64,000 nucleotides of DNA from an uncultured virus (IMG/VR IMGVR_UViG_3300031555_010821) (IMGVR_UViG_3300031555_010821); one strand, 5' to 3'. Numbered from the stretch's first letter, positions 27,720-38,041 are shown. Translations and numbers: made by a program. The notes: generated from the letters alone by a model not told the origin.

Positions 27720-29942
27720 TTACTTGTAAGTCCAGTTGATCTCGCCATTGACTGAGGGGTTGGTGTCGGCAGATACTAGCTTGGTGTTGCGAAGACACGA
27801 AGATCCTGGTGTTTGTGTGGAAACAACAGTATTACCACCAGAAATAGTAAATTGACTACCAGTCCAAGCAATAGCACCCGCAGCACTTCCAGAATAAGGC
27901 ATAAAATAAATATTAGTATTACCATTTTTACCCTCAATACAAAAACCACCGGCTACGTCACGATCACCGAAATACACATCATCACCAAGCAGATTCCAAG
28001 TGCTATTAGCGAAGTTTAAAGAACCCGTCATAGTGCCACCACTTAACGGTAAATAGTTGGTCGGGATGTCACTTGTTAAGGCAATCGTTCCTGCTTTGCC
28101 AGGGTGCTTAATATCATAAGAAGCACTACCATTATAATATCTCCATTGTGCCGAATTATCTGGCAGTAAATAAAAAACACTACGCACACCAGTGGGATCA
28201 CCTAAACATACTCCAGCGTAACTATTGCTAGCTCTACCAATAACAAGTCCTTCATCATCGCCACCGCCAGCATATCTACCACTAATTTTAGCACCACCAG
28301 TAAATGTTGTAGCGCCAGTAACAGTACCGCCACTTAACGGCAAATAACTATGACTATGAGAACTGTTTGCCTTACCATTTAACAGGTTGTTTACTTCACT
28401 CTCGGTGTAGTATCTGTCATCATGGGTATGGGAAGACGCGGCATAACTATGAGTGTGCGAACTCGCTGCGGCGCCAACATCTGAATATGTTAAACTGATA
28501 TTTGCGCTTAAAGCCTTGCCATTGACAGTACGAGAAGTTGGTACATAGTTACTATGACTATGGGAGCTTGCGGCCGCGCCAATATTCGCAGGAGTTACAG
28601 TCTGCCATGTGTTATCGTTTCTCAGAAAAACCGCATTGTTGGCGGTCTGCGTAGCCGGGACATGATTTCCATGAGAACTGTTGGCCTTACCGCTCAGCTT
28701 GGTATCAACTTCGCTTTCGGTGTAATACCGATCATCGTGAGTGTGCGAACTGGCCGCCGCACCAATGTTAGCAGGTGTGACCGTCTGCCAAGAATTGTCA
28801 TTGCGCAGGAACTTAGCATTATTGGCAGTCTGCGGAGTAGGAACATGGGTGCCGTGGCTGGATGCCGCTGCACCTACATCAGAGGCCGTCAAAGAAATAT
28901 CGCCGGTCAGTGCCTTACCATTGACTTTACGAGAGGTAGGAACTGCTCCAACATCGGATGCGCTCGGGGTCCATGTGCTCGGACGAGCTCCAACCTCAGA
29001 AGCCGTATAGCTAGGCTTAGTTGCAGCTTTTGCCCACGCAGGAACAGTGGGGTCTGTTTCAGCAGGGAAAGACACGTTCTTCTTGGTAACAGTAATCTTG
29101 CCTTGCGCATCCTGGGAAATTGTATCGATAAAGGCGGTTGCGGAGCCGGACGCAGAAGGGCTTGCTACTGCACTCTGGACCACCTTGTAGCTTCCTTCGT
29201 TGCCGAACTCTTCCCAATCGGTGCCGTTCCAGATAAATTCCTTCGCTCCGTATGCAACCACATTTCCTGATGTAGCAGTAACGCTTTTGCTGTTGACGGT
29301 TACGGGATTCGTAGTCGAGCCATCAGAAATCTCGGTGGTCGTCTTGCCCAGATACAACATTGCGCTGCTAAGGCCAAGATCCGCAGCAGTAATTTCCTGC
29401 GCAGAAGATCCGTCGTAGGTCTTCGAACCAAACGTAAGCGCGGACGGGTTTTTCAACGACGTCGGGAAGTCGGAAATTTCACTCTTATTGTGAGTATGAG
29501 CGAAATCAGAGATTTCGCTTTTTGTGTGGGAATGAGCAAAATCGGTGATATTGCTCTTCGTGTGCGTATGGCTGAAATCTGTAATTTCAGATTTTGTGTG
29601 ATTGTGGCCGGTTGCGGATTTTCCGCTAAGAGCAGTGAATACGCCGCCGCTGGTAACGGGGTTAGTGCTCCCGCTAGTGGGTGCCGAGTCGAAAGTCAGT
29701 TTGTCCTGTTTGCCGCCGAGCGCTTGTTCGACAGCCTCGGTATCGGCCTTCACGTTGTCGAGCGTCTCAAGGCATTCGTCAATCTCTTGCAGAATATCTG
29801 TAATTTGACCAGACATTCCCTGGATATCCTCCCCCAGACCATCGACGGCGGCCGAATTCTCGGCCGCCGCGTTCTTGGCCTGTTTCAGGAGATTCGCCAG
29901 AGCAAGCAAACCGCTTTCATCAAACGCTTTGTACTTTGACAA
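27720..29942 (-). CDS. Long tail fibre / receptor-binding protein
   Basis: HTH..SEISDF, VPTSR.VNGK, HDDRYYTESE, YLPLSGG repeats. Confidence 0.9.
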   Translation of the reverse strand: MSKYKAFDESGLLALANLLKQAKNAAAENSAAVDGLGEDIQGMSGQITDILQEIDECLETLDNVKADTEAVEQALGGKQDKLTFDSAPTSGSTNPVTSGGVFTALSGKSATGHNHTKSEITDFSHTHTKSNITDFAHSHTKSEISDFAHTHNKSEISDFPTSLKNPSALTFGSKTYDGSSAQEITAADLGLSSAMLYLGKTTTEISDGSTTNPVTVNSKSVTATSGNVVAYGAKEFIWNGTDWEEFGNEGSYKVVQSAVASPSASGSATAFIDTISQDAQGKITVTKKNVSFPAETDPTVPAWAKAATKPSYTASEVGARPSTWTPSASDVGAVPTSRKVNGKALTGDISLTASDVGAAASSHGTHVPTPQTANNAKFLRNDNSWQTVTPANIGAAASSHTHDDRYYTESEVDTKLSGKANSSHGNHVPATQTANNAVFLRNDNTWQTVTPANIGAAASSHSHSNYVPTSRTVNGKALSANISLTYSDVGAAASSHTHSYAASSHTHDDRYYTESEVNNLLNGKANSSHSHSYLPLSGGTVTGATTFTGGAKISGRYAGGGDDEGLVIGRASNSYAGVCLGDPTGVRSVFYLLPDNSAQWRYYNGSASYDIKHPGKAGTIALTSDIPTNYLPLSGGTMTGSLNFANSTWNLLGDDVYFGDRDVAGGFCIEGKNGNTNIYFMPYSGSAAGAIAWTGSQFTISGGNTVVSTQTPGSSCLRNTKLVSADTNPSVNGEINWTYK

Positions 29943-29977
29943 TGGGCTCTACTCCCCTTTAACAGTAAATTTGCTGA

Positions 29978-30991
29978 TTAGTCAGCCAGCAGTGCAGTGA
30001 TCTCAGCCGCAGTAACGGCTTCGATGTCGGTGTCCAGCACATAGTCGGCCAGCTTGGTATCAACCTGGGTGCTGGTGTAGTAGTTGGCAAACTTGTTGTC
30101 AACAGCCTGAACGGCAGAGTCGGTCTCGCCCTTGGTGTAGTAGCCAGCGAACTTGGCATCGACGGCACCAACAGCGGTATCGACTTCGCCCTTGGTGTAG
30201 TAACCGGCGAACTTGGTGTCGATCTCGGTCTTGGTGTAGTAGTTGGCCAGAGCGGTGTTGATGGCGGCAGTGACCTCGGAGGTCTTGGCGTAGTCGCCGA
30301 TGCCGATGCCAGCAATAGCCTCAGCAATGTAACCAACCACAGTGGTGGAAGCAGCACCTTCGGGCAGAGCGCCGATAAGAGCAGTCAGGTTTGCGATGTC
30401 GGTCTTGTTGGTCTGGATGGCACTGTTCATGCCAGCAGCATCAGTCTCGTGACCGGCCAGCCAGTCGGCCAGCTCCTTCAGGGTGTCGTAAGCCTCGGGA
30501 GCGTTGGCCACGATCTTGGCGACTTCCTCGGCGGAGATGGTGCGGACAGACTTGGCGTCGTCGCCCTCAACGGAGCCGATCAGAGTGGCCAGCTTGCCTT
30601 CGTTGGCAGCGATGCGCAGGACTGCGGCATCCAGATCGCCCTGAGCGGCCTTGTCGTTGATGACGGCCAGCAGAGCATCTTCCAGATCACCCTGGGCGAC
30701 CTTGGCCTTGAAAGCCAGAGCCTGGAGACCCGCGACAGCAACATCAGCGCCAGCAACGGACAGAGTGCCGTTGGCAGAGCCGGAGGCGATCAGGATGTCA
30801 ACCATCTTGTCAGCGATGGTCTGAGCAACGCCGTTGACCTTGACGCCTTCCAGTTTGTTGGGCTCGCCGCCAGCGGAAACGAGCTGATTGACCTTCTCCT
30901 GAAGGGTGGTCAGATCGGTGATCTTCGCATACTTCAGCTTCAGTTCGGAAGCGAAGGTGCTCAAATTCTGAAGGGTAATGAGTTTGGCCAT
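29978..30991 (-). CDS. Fibre-like structural protein
   Basis: APEAYDTLKELADW; YYTKxE(V/I/T)D repeats. Confidence 0.8.
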   Translation of the reverse strand: MAKLITLQNLSTFASELKLKYAKITDLTTLQEKVNQLVSAGGEPNKLEGVKVNGVAQTIADKMVDILIASGSANGTLSVAGADVAVAGLQALAFKAKVAQGDLEDALLAVINDKAAQGDLDAAVLRIAANEGKLATLIGSVEGDDAKSVRTISAEEVAKIVANAPEAYDTLKELADWLAGHETDAAGMNSAIQTNKTDIANLTALIGALPEGAASTTVVGYIAEAIAGIGIGDYAKTSEVTAAINTALANYYTKTEIDTKFAGYYTKGEVDTAVGAVDAKFAGYYTKGETDSAVQAVDNKFANYYTSTQVDTKLADYVLDTDIEAVTAAEITALLAD

Positions 30992-31117
30992 TGTTTTTTT
31001 CCTCCTAAGAAAAAATAAAAATTATTCCGGGAAAAAGTTCAGGCACCGCAGCTCCCGGTGGTTCTGCGATGCCTGCCATATTTACGGGGCAAAAGCTCCG
31101 ATTTTTGGTGCTGTGAT

Positions 31118-31300
31118 TTACTCTGCAGCAGCCTCAGTGAACAGGCCCAGAACTTCATCCTCAGTGGCGAACTCGAATCCACCGCCAAAATTGGCGAGTG
31201 CTTCCTCCAGTTCCACCTTGGTAGCGAAGTCGCCCTTCACTTTGCGAATCACTGCATCGAGGTTGTCCAGGGTGATTACCTTCTGCTTGGTCTCAGCCAT
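31118..31300 (-). CDS. 60-aa fibre adaptor
   Basis: GGAGG RBS; KVITLDNL and FATEDEVLGLF motifs. Confidence 0.7.
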   Translation of the reverse strand: MAETKQKVITLDNLDAVIRKVKGDFATKVELEEALANFGGGFEFATEDEVLGLFTEAAAE

Positions 31301-31335
31301 GTCTACACCTCCCTTCTTCTGGGATGGAGGTCAGA

Positions 31336-32589
31336 TTAACTCGTTGCGTCGCCCTCAGAGTCGTAGGCTGCTTCATAGGCGACCTCGACCTCCTCATCGC
31401 TTGCAACCAAAACGCCGCCGAGAGTGTCCTCATCGGCTGCGGGGATGCTGTGGTTCACACCACTGCTGGGGATGCCAGCGGTTTTTTCATAGAGGTCTTC
31501 GACCTCTTCATCGGTAGCAACCAGAACTCCGCCCAGGGTGTCTTCGTCAGCAACGGGAAGTCCAATAACAACGCCGCTGCTGGGGATTCCGGTCGTCTCT
31601 TCGTACAGGTCGTCAGCTTCCTCATCCGTAGCAGCGTCGATTCCGAGATAGCCTTCTCCATCGATCTTCAAGCCGGAGCCGGACTGGATCTTGACGCCGC
31701 CGAGAACGGTCTCAGTTGCAACGGGCAGGACATAATTGCCTCCGCCACCGCCGATGTTTCCAGGTTCACCAACTGTGATATCAACATTCAGGTTTTCACC
31801 AACAAGGGACAAAGTTCCTTTCAAATCCTGAGTTGGCGCAGTCTTGGACCAGAAACGAAGAACGCCGTCCAAAGCCTCCATTGTGGGGCTCAGGCCAGCG
31901 TTCTTTGCAATTTGCAACGATGCGTGTTCAAGCGCTACGTTCGGGTAATGTTCGGCAAGGGCATCCTCGCATACAACATCAATGTACATAACGTGCTCAT
32001 CAACCTGTTCGTTCTCAGGAACGCTCTTCCAGCCCTGTGACGGAATCAGGATCTTCTGGACCGTGATCGATCCGACTCCTTCCATCGCTTTCTTTACCAT
32101 TGCGCCGATAAGGCCATGCGCCTCTTCAGACGTAATGAACGAACCGGGATTATAAGTGACCTGAATGTCTGCATCCAGGGCAAGAGCAATGACGACTGGA
32201 TAGCGGCGGATATCAATGCGGTTATCCTGATAGGCATTGACGGGCTGTGGGCTATCGCCAAGAGTTGCATAGTACAGAAGAATTTCTTCCGTTTCGTCTG
32301 TCTTGGCGAAAATACCGAACTCTCTCAGCCAGAAGCCTTCCTTCAAGCCGCCATTTAGGTCGTTTCGATACTCAACAGTAAGACTCATTTCGCCGTTATC
32401 TACAAAAGGAATCGTTGAAACGGCCTCCGCTACAGGTGCAACGAGTTCTGTCATATCAATCGGTTCCACGCCCTCAGGCATGGCGCCAGAGCCCACTAGA
32501 ATTCGAGTGAACTCAATCGTCTCGCCGGCGAGAAGGCTGGTAATCAGATTGCGGCCTTGGACCGTAATCGTGCCTCCGTAATAGCTCAT
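31336..32589 (-). CDS. Baseplate-anchored tail fibre/collar protein
   Basis: ITVQGRNL...GFWLREFGIFA...LLYY N-terminus; LPVA...LGGV repeats. Confidence 0.85.
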   Translation of the reverse strand: MSYYGGTITVQGRNLITSLLAGETIEFTRILVGSGAMPEGVEPIDMTELVAPVAEAVSTIPFVDNGEMSLTVEYRNDLNGGLKEGFWLREFGIFAKTDETEEILLYYATLGDSPQPVNAYQDNRIDIRRYPVVIALALDADIQVTYNPGSFITSEEAHGLIGAMVKKAMEGVGSITVQKILIPSQGWKSVPENEQVDEHVMYIDVVCEDALAEHYPNVALEHASLQIAKNAGLSPTMEALDGVLRFWSKTAPTQDLKGTLSLVGENLNVDITVGEPGNIGGGGGNYVLPVATETVLGGVKIQSGSGLKIDGEGYLGIDAATDEEADDLYEETTGIPSSGVVIGLPVADEDTLGGVLVATDEEVEDLYEKTAGIPSSGVNHSIPAADEDTLGGVLVASDEEVEVAYEAAYDSEGDATS

Positions 32590-32612
32590 TTTTGAGTTTC
32601 CTCCTTTTCCGT

Positions 32613-33464
32613 TCAGGAATTATTTTGGAGCGCAATGCCGCCAATGGGGGTTTCAATGACGCTCTTCACTGCGCTCCCGTGGGTCATGGCGGCGTCATGC
32701 TGGATGCTCCGCTCCAGCGGCGGTATCGTATCCTGGCTGAAGGTGAAAGCTCCTGCGCCAAGATTGATTCGCATACTTCCCGCCTTTCGTTCTTCATATG
32801 CGAAAACAGGATCGTGCGATATAGTTCCAAAATTCGAGGAAACATGCACTTCGGTGCCGAAATCGATCTCTCTTTCTAAGATGGGGAGGTCGGTCACAGT
32901 GACAGCGTAGCCAAGACCGCAGCCCATATATATTTCCGGGCTGTCGATTGGTGTTGATGTCCTTGCGTATATCTTCAGCGTGACGCCCGCTGCTCGAATC
33001 AGCGGAGTCCGAAACAGAGGCGACGTATCTACCAGGCCCTGCATTTCGCCGGTATCGAAAATCATTGTGGCAGGCTGCTCCGGGTCCTCCGAGTAGTACA
33101 GAGGACGATCCCAGAACATGCGAAACGCCTTGATGATGTCCATGTAGGTACAATCGCAGTTGTTCTTCAGAATCTTGTAAATGAGGTACTGACGGTAGGT
33201 CTCGTCATCGATGATGTCGAACGGAATCGGGTCGCCTGCAAGCTGTCCTGCTTCCATTCTGCTCAGATCGACAATGTTGCCTACGCCGTCGAGCTGCTTG
33301 CCCACGGCGGTGTATACATCGCGGTCGTTTCTGAGCTGTTGATAAAAGTCAAACACCTGCTGGAACTCTATACCAATGACTTCCACCAGGCTTTCGATGT
33401 TGGCCTTTCCCTTAAACTGCTCTACGAGGTCTTCCTTCAACAGGGCGACGTAATCAACCATCAA
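32613..33464 (-). CDS. Baseplate wedge protein (DUF2612-like)
   Basis: TAVGKQLDGVGNIV, DDETYR; follows baseplate J. Confidence 0.85.
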   Translation of the reverse strand: MMVDYVALLKEDLVEQFKGKANIESLVEVIGIEFQQVFDFYQQLRNDRDVYTAVGKQLDGVGNIVDLSRMEAGQLAGDPIPFDIIDDETYRQYLIYKILKNNCDCTYMDIIKAFRMFWDRPLYYSEDPEQPATMIFDTGEMQGLVDTSPLFRTPLIRAAGVTLKIYARTSTPIDSPEIYMGCGLGYAVTVTDLPILEREIDFGTEVHVSSNFGTISHDPVFAYEERKAGSMRINLGAGAFTFSQDTIPPLERSIQHDAAMTHGSAVKSVIETPIGGIALQNNS

Positions 33465-34905
33465 TCGCCACCTCGATCATCTCTTCATTCGTGTATGCCC
33501 GCTGACGCGCAGTGATTTCAGCGCTTCTAACAGGGTAGTCATCAGGCTCCCCTGCCGGGTCTTCCGTGGTGTAGATTCGAATGTCGATGTAGCTGATGCC
33601 AGAACAGGCATCATAAAGCTCACTCATAAATTCCTGCGGGACAACGTCGCTTCCGGCATCGAGTAAGTCCATATTCCTCATTACCACTTCGCGCAGCAGC
33701 TCAACATAGTTCGGAGGAATGGCTTCGTTCTTTCTGAGCGTAATGCCAAGGCGGAACCAGGTGTAAATCGTTGTCGGGCGATTGAATCGAATCGTGATAT
33801 CTTCATCATAAGCACCGGCCACGACGACAGCGGTACTACCGAATGTGTTGATGCCACCGGCCTTATTGGCAAGAATCTGCTTGGCGATTTCTGTGGAGTC
33901 GCCGCCGTCCACAACAATTTCGATGCTGTGAGGCGGTCTGCCGTATTCATCCCATTCATGGCTGGGGTTCTCATACGGGGCAACGCTTTTTACGCCCTGC
34001 ACATTGTTCAGAATCGCGCTTCTGATGCTCTCAAGCATCATGGACGATCTGTTGAAAATCTTGTCCGCGTAGGACTGGCGGAACTCAGCGTCCGTCTCTT
34101 CATCACGGCCAGCAATGTATGCGCAGCGATTGACAACGCTAAGAAGGCCAGCATCCGCCTTAACGATGTTCGTAATAACACCCTCCGGCAAGAGAATGTC
34201 GCCGGTCTCAACCGTGCCGAACACAATCACCGATGTAACGGTGTCAGTCGTCAGGTTTTCTGAGAGGACCAATGCGTTGACTGAGGTCGGGTCATTTGCG
34301 CCCAGAATTAACAACTCGTTTGTCTCATCTACCTCCGCAGTAAATCCTGGTTCCTTAATTGCAGACGCAAGGCCGCTCAGAATGGCAACTGCATTCGCTT
34401 CCGTCGAGGAATAAGAATATACCGCGCCGTTAATGGCTGCGGTGTAAACATCGCCGCTTTCTGCGGAAGCGACCTTAATCCCAACTTGATTGAACGCGCT
34501 TCTGGTGATTTGCCGCGTATCAGTCAAGCTTAGTTGTGTAGTAGGATTCGTAGTAGACGAAATCATCGTGCCGGCTGCAAGAGTCGTACCATCAATACCA
34601 GTGCAGTGGATGGGATAGTAGGATTTTGCAGCAGTTTCTCGCGTAGATCCACCGTACTGTGCAGCATTATCCAGGCTTCTGCCTTCCGCAGTCGCAGGAT
34701 ACATGGAGTAGTATATGTCTTCACCGAACTCCCAGAGCTCCGCAGCACGGTCAGCAATGTTGGTGAGCAAATGATTCAAAAACGATTCCGGGTTCTGCCG
34801 AGTATTTACGCCCCATCGCTCAGAAAGGTTTTTGTGCAAGTCATCAATAATGGTGTCCAGGCGTTTGATGTTCGGACCGTTCGGGGTCAATCCGTATTCA
34901 GGCAT
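33454..34905 (-). CDS. Baseplate J/gp47-family protein
   Basis: TAEGRSLD, GRDEETDAEFR, PPHSIEIVVDGG. Confidence 0.92.
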   Translation of the reverse strand: MPEYGLTPNGPNIKRLDTIIDDLHKNLSERWGVNTRQNPESFLNHLLTNIADRAAELWEFGEDIYYSMYPATAEGRSLDNAAQYGGSTRETAAKSYYPIHCTGIDGTTLAAGTMISSTTNPTTQLSLTDTRQITRSAFNQVGIKVASAESGDVYTAAINGAVYSYSSTEANAVAILSGLASAIKEPGFTAEVDETNELLILGANDPTSVNALVLSENLTTDTVTSVIVFGTVETGDILLPEGVITNIVKADAGLLSVVNRCAYIAGRDEETDAEFRQSYADKIFNRSSMMLESIRSAILNNVQGVKSVAPYENPSHEWDEYGRPPHSIEIVVDGGDSTEIAKQILANKAGGINTFGSTAVVVAGAYDEDITIRFNRPTTIYTWFRLGITLRKNEAIPPNYVELLREVVMRNMDLLDAGSDVVPQEFMSELYDACSGISYIDIRIYTTEDPAGEPDDYPVRSAEITARQRAYTNEEMIEVAIDG

Positions 34906-35251
34906 ACATTTTCACCTCCTCTTTGAAAACCGCTTCTCCAACCGAGCAGGTGTACACAATAGAGATGCAGCGCTGCTTTGGGTCATAGATAAGTACATCT
35001 ATGTTGGCCGCAGTCACTTCTTTGACCTTCATTATTTCGTCGCGTACTAACTGCCGGATCTTTACTGTGTTCGGGTTCTTTACAAACACTTCTTCAAACC
35101 AGGGGAAGCCAAATTCGGGGCCGAGTCTCCATTCATTGAAGATCCAGCGGAGCCTGATAAGCACCGCCTGTCGAACGCTTTGGGTGGTGGAAATATCACC
35201 AAGCGCCGAAACCTTGATGTCGCCATCTCGATCGAGCAAGATGTCCAACAT
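34898..35251 (-). CDS. Baseplate wedge / gp25-like protein
   Basis: QAVLIRL...EWRL...GFPWF. Confidence 0.8.
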   Translation of the reverse strand: MLDILLDRDGDIKVSALGDISTTQSVRQAVLIRLRWIFNEWRLGPEFGFPWFEEVFVKNPNTVKIRQLVRDEIMKVKEVTAANIDVLIYDPKQRCISIVYTCSVGEAVFKEEVKMYA

Positions 35252-35392
35252 TTTCTTATCTCCCCTTTCCTGCTTGAGTGTCGCAAAATTAAATGGCCGC
35301 TTGAGGCATCGTACTTTAGACTATCTGTAGGTAAGTTGATGCCATTAGAAAAAGGCCGCGAAAAACGCCTGTAGGCGTTTTGGCGACCTATG

Positions 35393-36004
35393 TTATGACG
35401 GCGAAGATGTCTGTCCGCCGCTGTCTCCTCCGTGTGTATGGGATGCGAGACTGATGCCCCGGCCTTTCACATCGCCGGTGGCTGTGACCGTTCCATTGAC
35501 AGTAACATTACCGTTTATCACTACGTCTGTAGAGTCGATCTTGACGATGCCAGGTTTTACCGTGACGCGGGTTCCTTTGTTGTCGATCACAACCGCATTG
35601 TCGTCATACGCCGCCTGCACCGCAGGGTTCTGTTTCATAAACAGCCCGGGAATGCACATGGCGTTGGTCATATCGAAGCGGAGGTCGGTGTCTGTTTCCT
35701 GCCCGAACATCCAGTAGTCAAGAGACTGTTCGGAGATAACGATGAGGCAGCCGTCTCCCGATTTCACAGGGAATGCAATTGTTGCCTGCTGATTTGCGCC
35801 CTGCGGGAACACAACGGGGACGCCTGTGATCTGCGGGTAGTCGATGGTCTTTCCGTTCGGCTTCTTGTATTTCAGCGCCGGCTGTACGGTGGCCAGCATC
35901 TTGGCCGGGTCGAAGGAAATGATTTTACCAGGCATAGCAGTGTGTACGCCCTTGAGTTCTTTATGGATGGTGTTGGTAATCTGCTGTACAAATTCTTGAA
36001 GCAT
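35393..36004 (-). CDS. Gp138-family membrane-puncturing spike
   Basis: HTAMPG...VPVVFP...GDGCL; C-terminal SLASHTH. Confidence 0.88.
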   Translation of the reverse strand: MLQEFVQQITNTIHKELKGVHTAMPGKIISFDPAKMLATVQPALKYKKPNGKTIDYPQITGVPVVFPQGANQQATIAFPVKSGDGCLIVISEQSLDYWMFGQETDTDLRFDMTNAMCIPGLFMKQNPAVQAAYDDNAVVIDNKGTRVTVKPGIVKIDSTDVVINGNVTVNGTVTATGDVKGRGISLASHTHGGDSGGQTSSPS

Positions 36005-36873
36005 TATCCTTGCACCTCCAACAATCTTGCCGTGCAGATCCAGTCGCCGCTCACGTTGTCGCCCTCCATGTCGATGGAGTACACCCGGAAGTAACCAGTC
36101 ACGGTCTCCGACTCAACTTTCACATAGTCGTCAATATGAATCGAACCGTTCAGGAAATACTGAACGTCCCATCCCTGCTCATTGGCACCTGTGCTTCCTG
36201 ATTCCGTTGCAGCTACTTTGGCCGGGATGCCAAGCAGGCCGGTTTCAGCAGAAAGTAGATACACTTCCTTGCTCATCACATCATGAGGCTTCTTTACCTG
36301 CATGACACCGTTCTGCAAGCTCCAGGACAGGCCGCAGCAGTTACAACCCTTTGTCATGATATCTCTCGCCTGTCCAACGTAACTGAAGCCATTATGGATG
36401 TCCACAAACTCTGCGTTGTAGGAGTAGGACACAGCCACTCCCATTTGTGCGGCCACGTCATCGAAGATCGTCTTCCAATTGACTGTACCGTTGTACGAAA
36501 CACTGACGTAGGTATCTCGAATCTCCACAAGGTTGTCCACAACCTCGATTTCAGTCTTGCGGTCTGCTCCGTCGTTGGTCGTTGCCACAAAACTGATGAT
36601 GCCAGAGAAGATGAGGGGCAACACGTTTCCGTAGCCTGCTTTCAGGGTTAGAACGCAATCCTTTTCATTGACGACTGCAAGATGTTCCTTGTTCAGATTC
36701 CAGATAGTGACGCGGCCAGTGTTCTGTGTTTCAAGCTCACTCTTCTGAATGGAAAAACTGATATGAAGCGGAACAGTCTGTCCAGGATGGGTCTCCCCAA
36801 TCTCAAAGCCTGTTCCTCCTCCAGGACCACAAGAGATGCGGTACTGTCTGTCGAAGTTTTTATAACCAGCCAT
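36004..36873 (-). CDS. Baseplate hub protein
   Basis: IWNLN, LKAGY, WSLQNG, ETGLLGIP; synteny. Confidence 0.85.
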   Translation of the reverse strand: MAGYKNFDRQYRISCGPGGGTGFEIGETHPGQTVPLHISFSIQKSELETQNTGRVTIWNLNKEHLAVVNEKDCVLTLKAGYGNVLPLIFSGIISFVATTNDGADRKTEIEVVDNLVEIRDTYVSVSYNGTVNWKTIFDDVAAQMGVAVSYSYNAEFVDIHNGFSYVGQARDIMTKGCNCCGLSWSLQNGVMQVKKPHDVMSKEVYLLSAETGLLGIPAKVAATESGSTGANEQGWDVQYFLNGSIHIDDYVKVESETVTGYFRVYSIDMEGDNVSGDWICTARLLEVQG

Positions 36874-36938
36874 CTCTTGCTCTCCTTTTCAAGCGGTTTC
36901 TGTGGTGCATTTGGTGGCCACTTTTGCCCAAAATGACC

Positions 36939-37057
36939 ATATGTATTTATATATAAAAGGTTACGGTTACGGTAAGGTTACGGTTACGGTTATGTCTGGA
37001 ATTTCCACGGAAAATCCACGGAAATTCCAAGGAAATTCCACGGAAATTCCGTGGAAC
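36939..37057. repeat. Iteron-like array: AT-rich tract + GGTTAC hexamers + five 11-bp GGAAATTCCAC-type repeats
   Basis: Read directly. Confidence 0.9.
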
Positions 37058-37124
37058 GTCATCGGACTGTCCTGCGGAGTACCCGCAGGACGCCCAATGA
37101 CAGGAGGTATAGAAAAAGCGCGGT

Positions 37125-37445
37125 CTATTTCTCGATCTTCACGGGAGCGAAAATAAACTGCGCACTTCCATCTTTGAAATCGTTCCGCCCTACCCTATCT
37201 TTCTTGGTCAAGACAGCAAAGAAGCCATCGGGTATGCTTGTCACGCCATAGAAAACATTGAGCGGAAAACGCGGAACGATTTTTATGCCCAAGACAATGG
37301 GGTCATTTTGAGCGGTGTACAGGCTGAACTTCCAGTAATCGCAGGTATCGTTATATGAGAAGCGGAGCATATAAGCTGTCCCGTTCAACACAATACGAGA
37401 GATGCTGTCGTTCATGTCCGGCACTTCGATGATGATATACTCCAT
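37125..37445 (-). CDS. Baseplate plug-like protein
   Basis: LNGTAY.LRFSYN...W...GIKIVP; synteny. Confidence 0.75.
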   Translation of the reverse strand: MEYIIIEVPDMNDSISRIVLNGTAYMLRFSYNDTCDYWKFSLYTAQNDPIVLGIKIVPRFPLNVFYGVTSIPDGFFAVLTKKDRVGRNDFKDGSAQFIFAPVKIEK

Positions 37446-37456
37446 TCCGGCTCCTT

Positions 37457-38032
37457 TCAGATGATTCCAAAACTTTTGAACCCATCGTACAAGGTACTGG
37501 TCAAAGGTTTTTTGGAAGACGATGAAGTGTCAGGGCCCGAGCTGTTTCCTGTAGAAGTATTAGCAGTTCCAGCAGGGGCACCGGTGTCTCCGCTCTTGCC
37601 GTAGCTGTCAGGAATCATCGTTGTGGTCGCCTGGGTAATGCGAATCTTTCGGAAGGAGATCGGGATTTCTCTGGCATAGCCAACATCGACCGATTTGCTA
37701 ATCGTCATGCTCTCAATCGCCATGTTGGTGTATGAGGTGTCCGAGGTGACGACTGTTACCGGCGTTGCGGAGTAATACAGATCCTGGAGCTGTTTAACTA
37801 CCGTATCGACGCGGTTCGGATTGTTGCCGTGACGGTGATACCAAGTGACCGGCGTATTGGTGACGTACAAGGTCATGATGAGCGTTTCGGCGCCCAGGAT
37901 GATAGCATCGCTGACTGAGAAGCCGTTTTCTACGGCGTACTCAGGAACCGTCGCTTCAAAGCCACGGTCTTCATTGATGAGTGCATCGAATTCGATTCCG
38001 TTAATGGAAACAGGCTGTTTTGCTCTTGCCAT
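37457..38032 (-). CDS. Baseplate/tail-tube initiator (Dit-like) protein
   Basis: FDA...PEYAVENGFSVSD; follows TMP. Confidence 0.8.
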   Translation of the reverse strand: MARAKQPVSINGIEFDALINEDRGFEATVPEYAVENGFSVSDAIILGAETLIMTLYVTNTPVTWYHRHGNNPNRVDTVVKQLQDLYYSATPVTVVTSDTSYTNMAIESMTISKSVDVGYAREIPISFRKIRITQATTTMIPDSYGKSGDTGAPAGTANTSTGNSSGPDTSSSSKKPLTSTLYDGFKSFGII

Positions 38033-38041
38033 TCAAATCAC

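Noticed and set aside
26397..27800. Similar fibre C-termini as a DGR template/variable repeat pair
   Set aside because: Differences are not adenine-restricted, include an indel, both copies are coding, and no reverse transcriptase is in the window
36959..37057. CRISPR array
   Set aside because: Repeats are 6 and 11 bp and contiguous, with no spacers or cas genes
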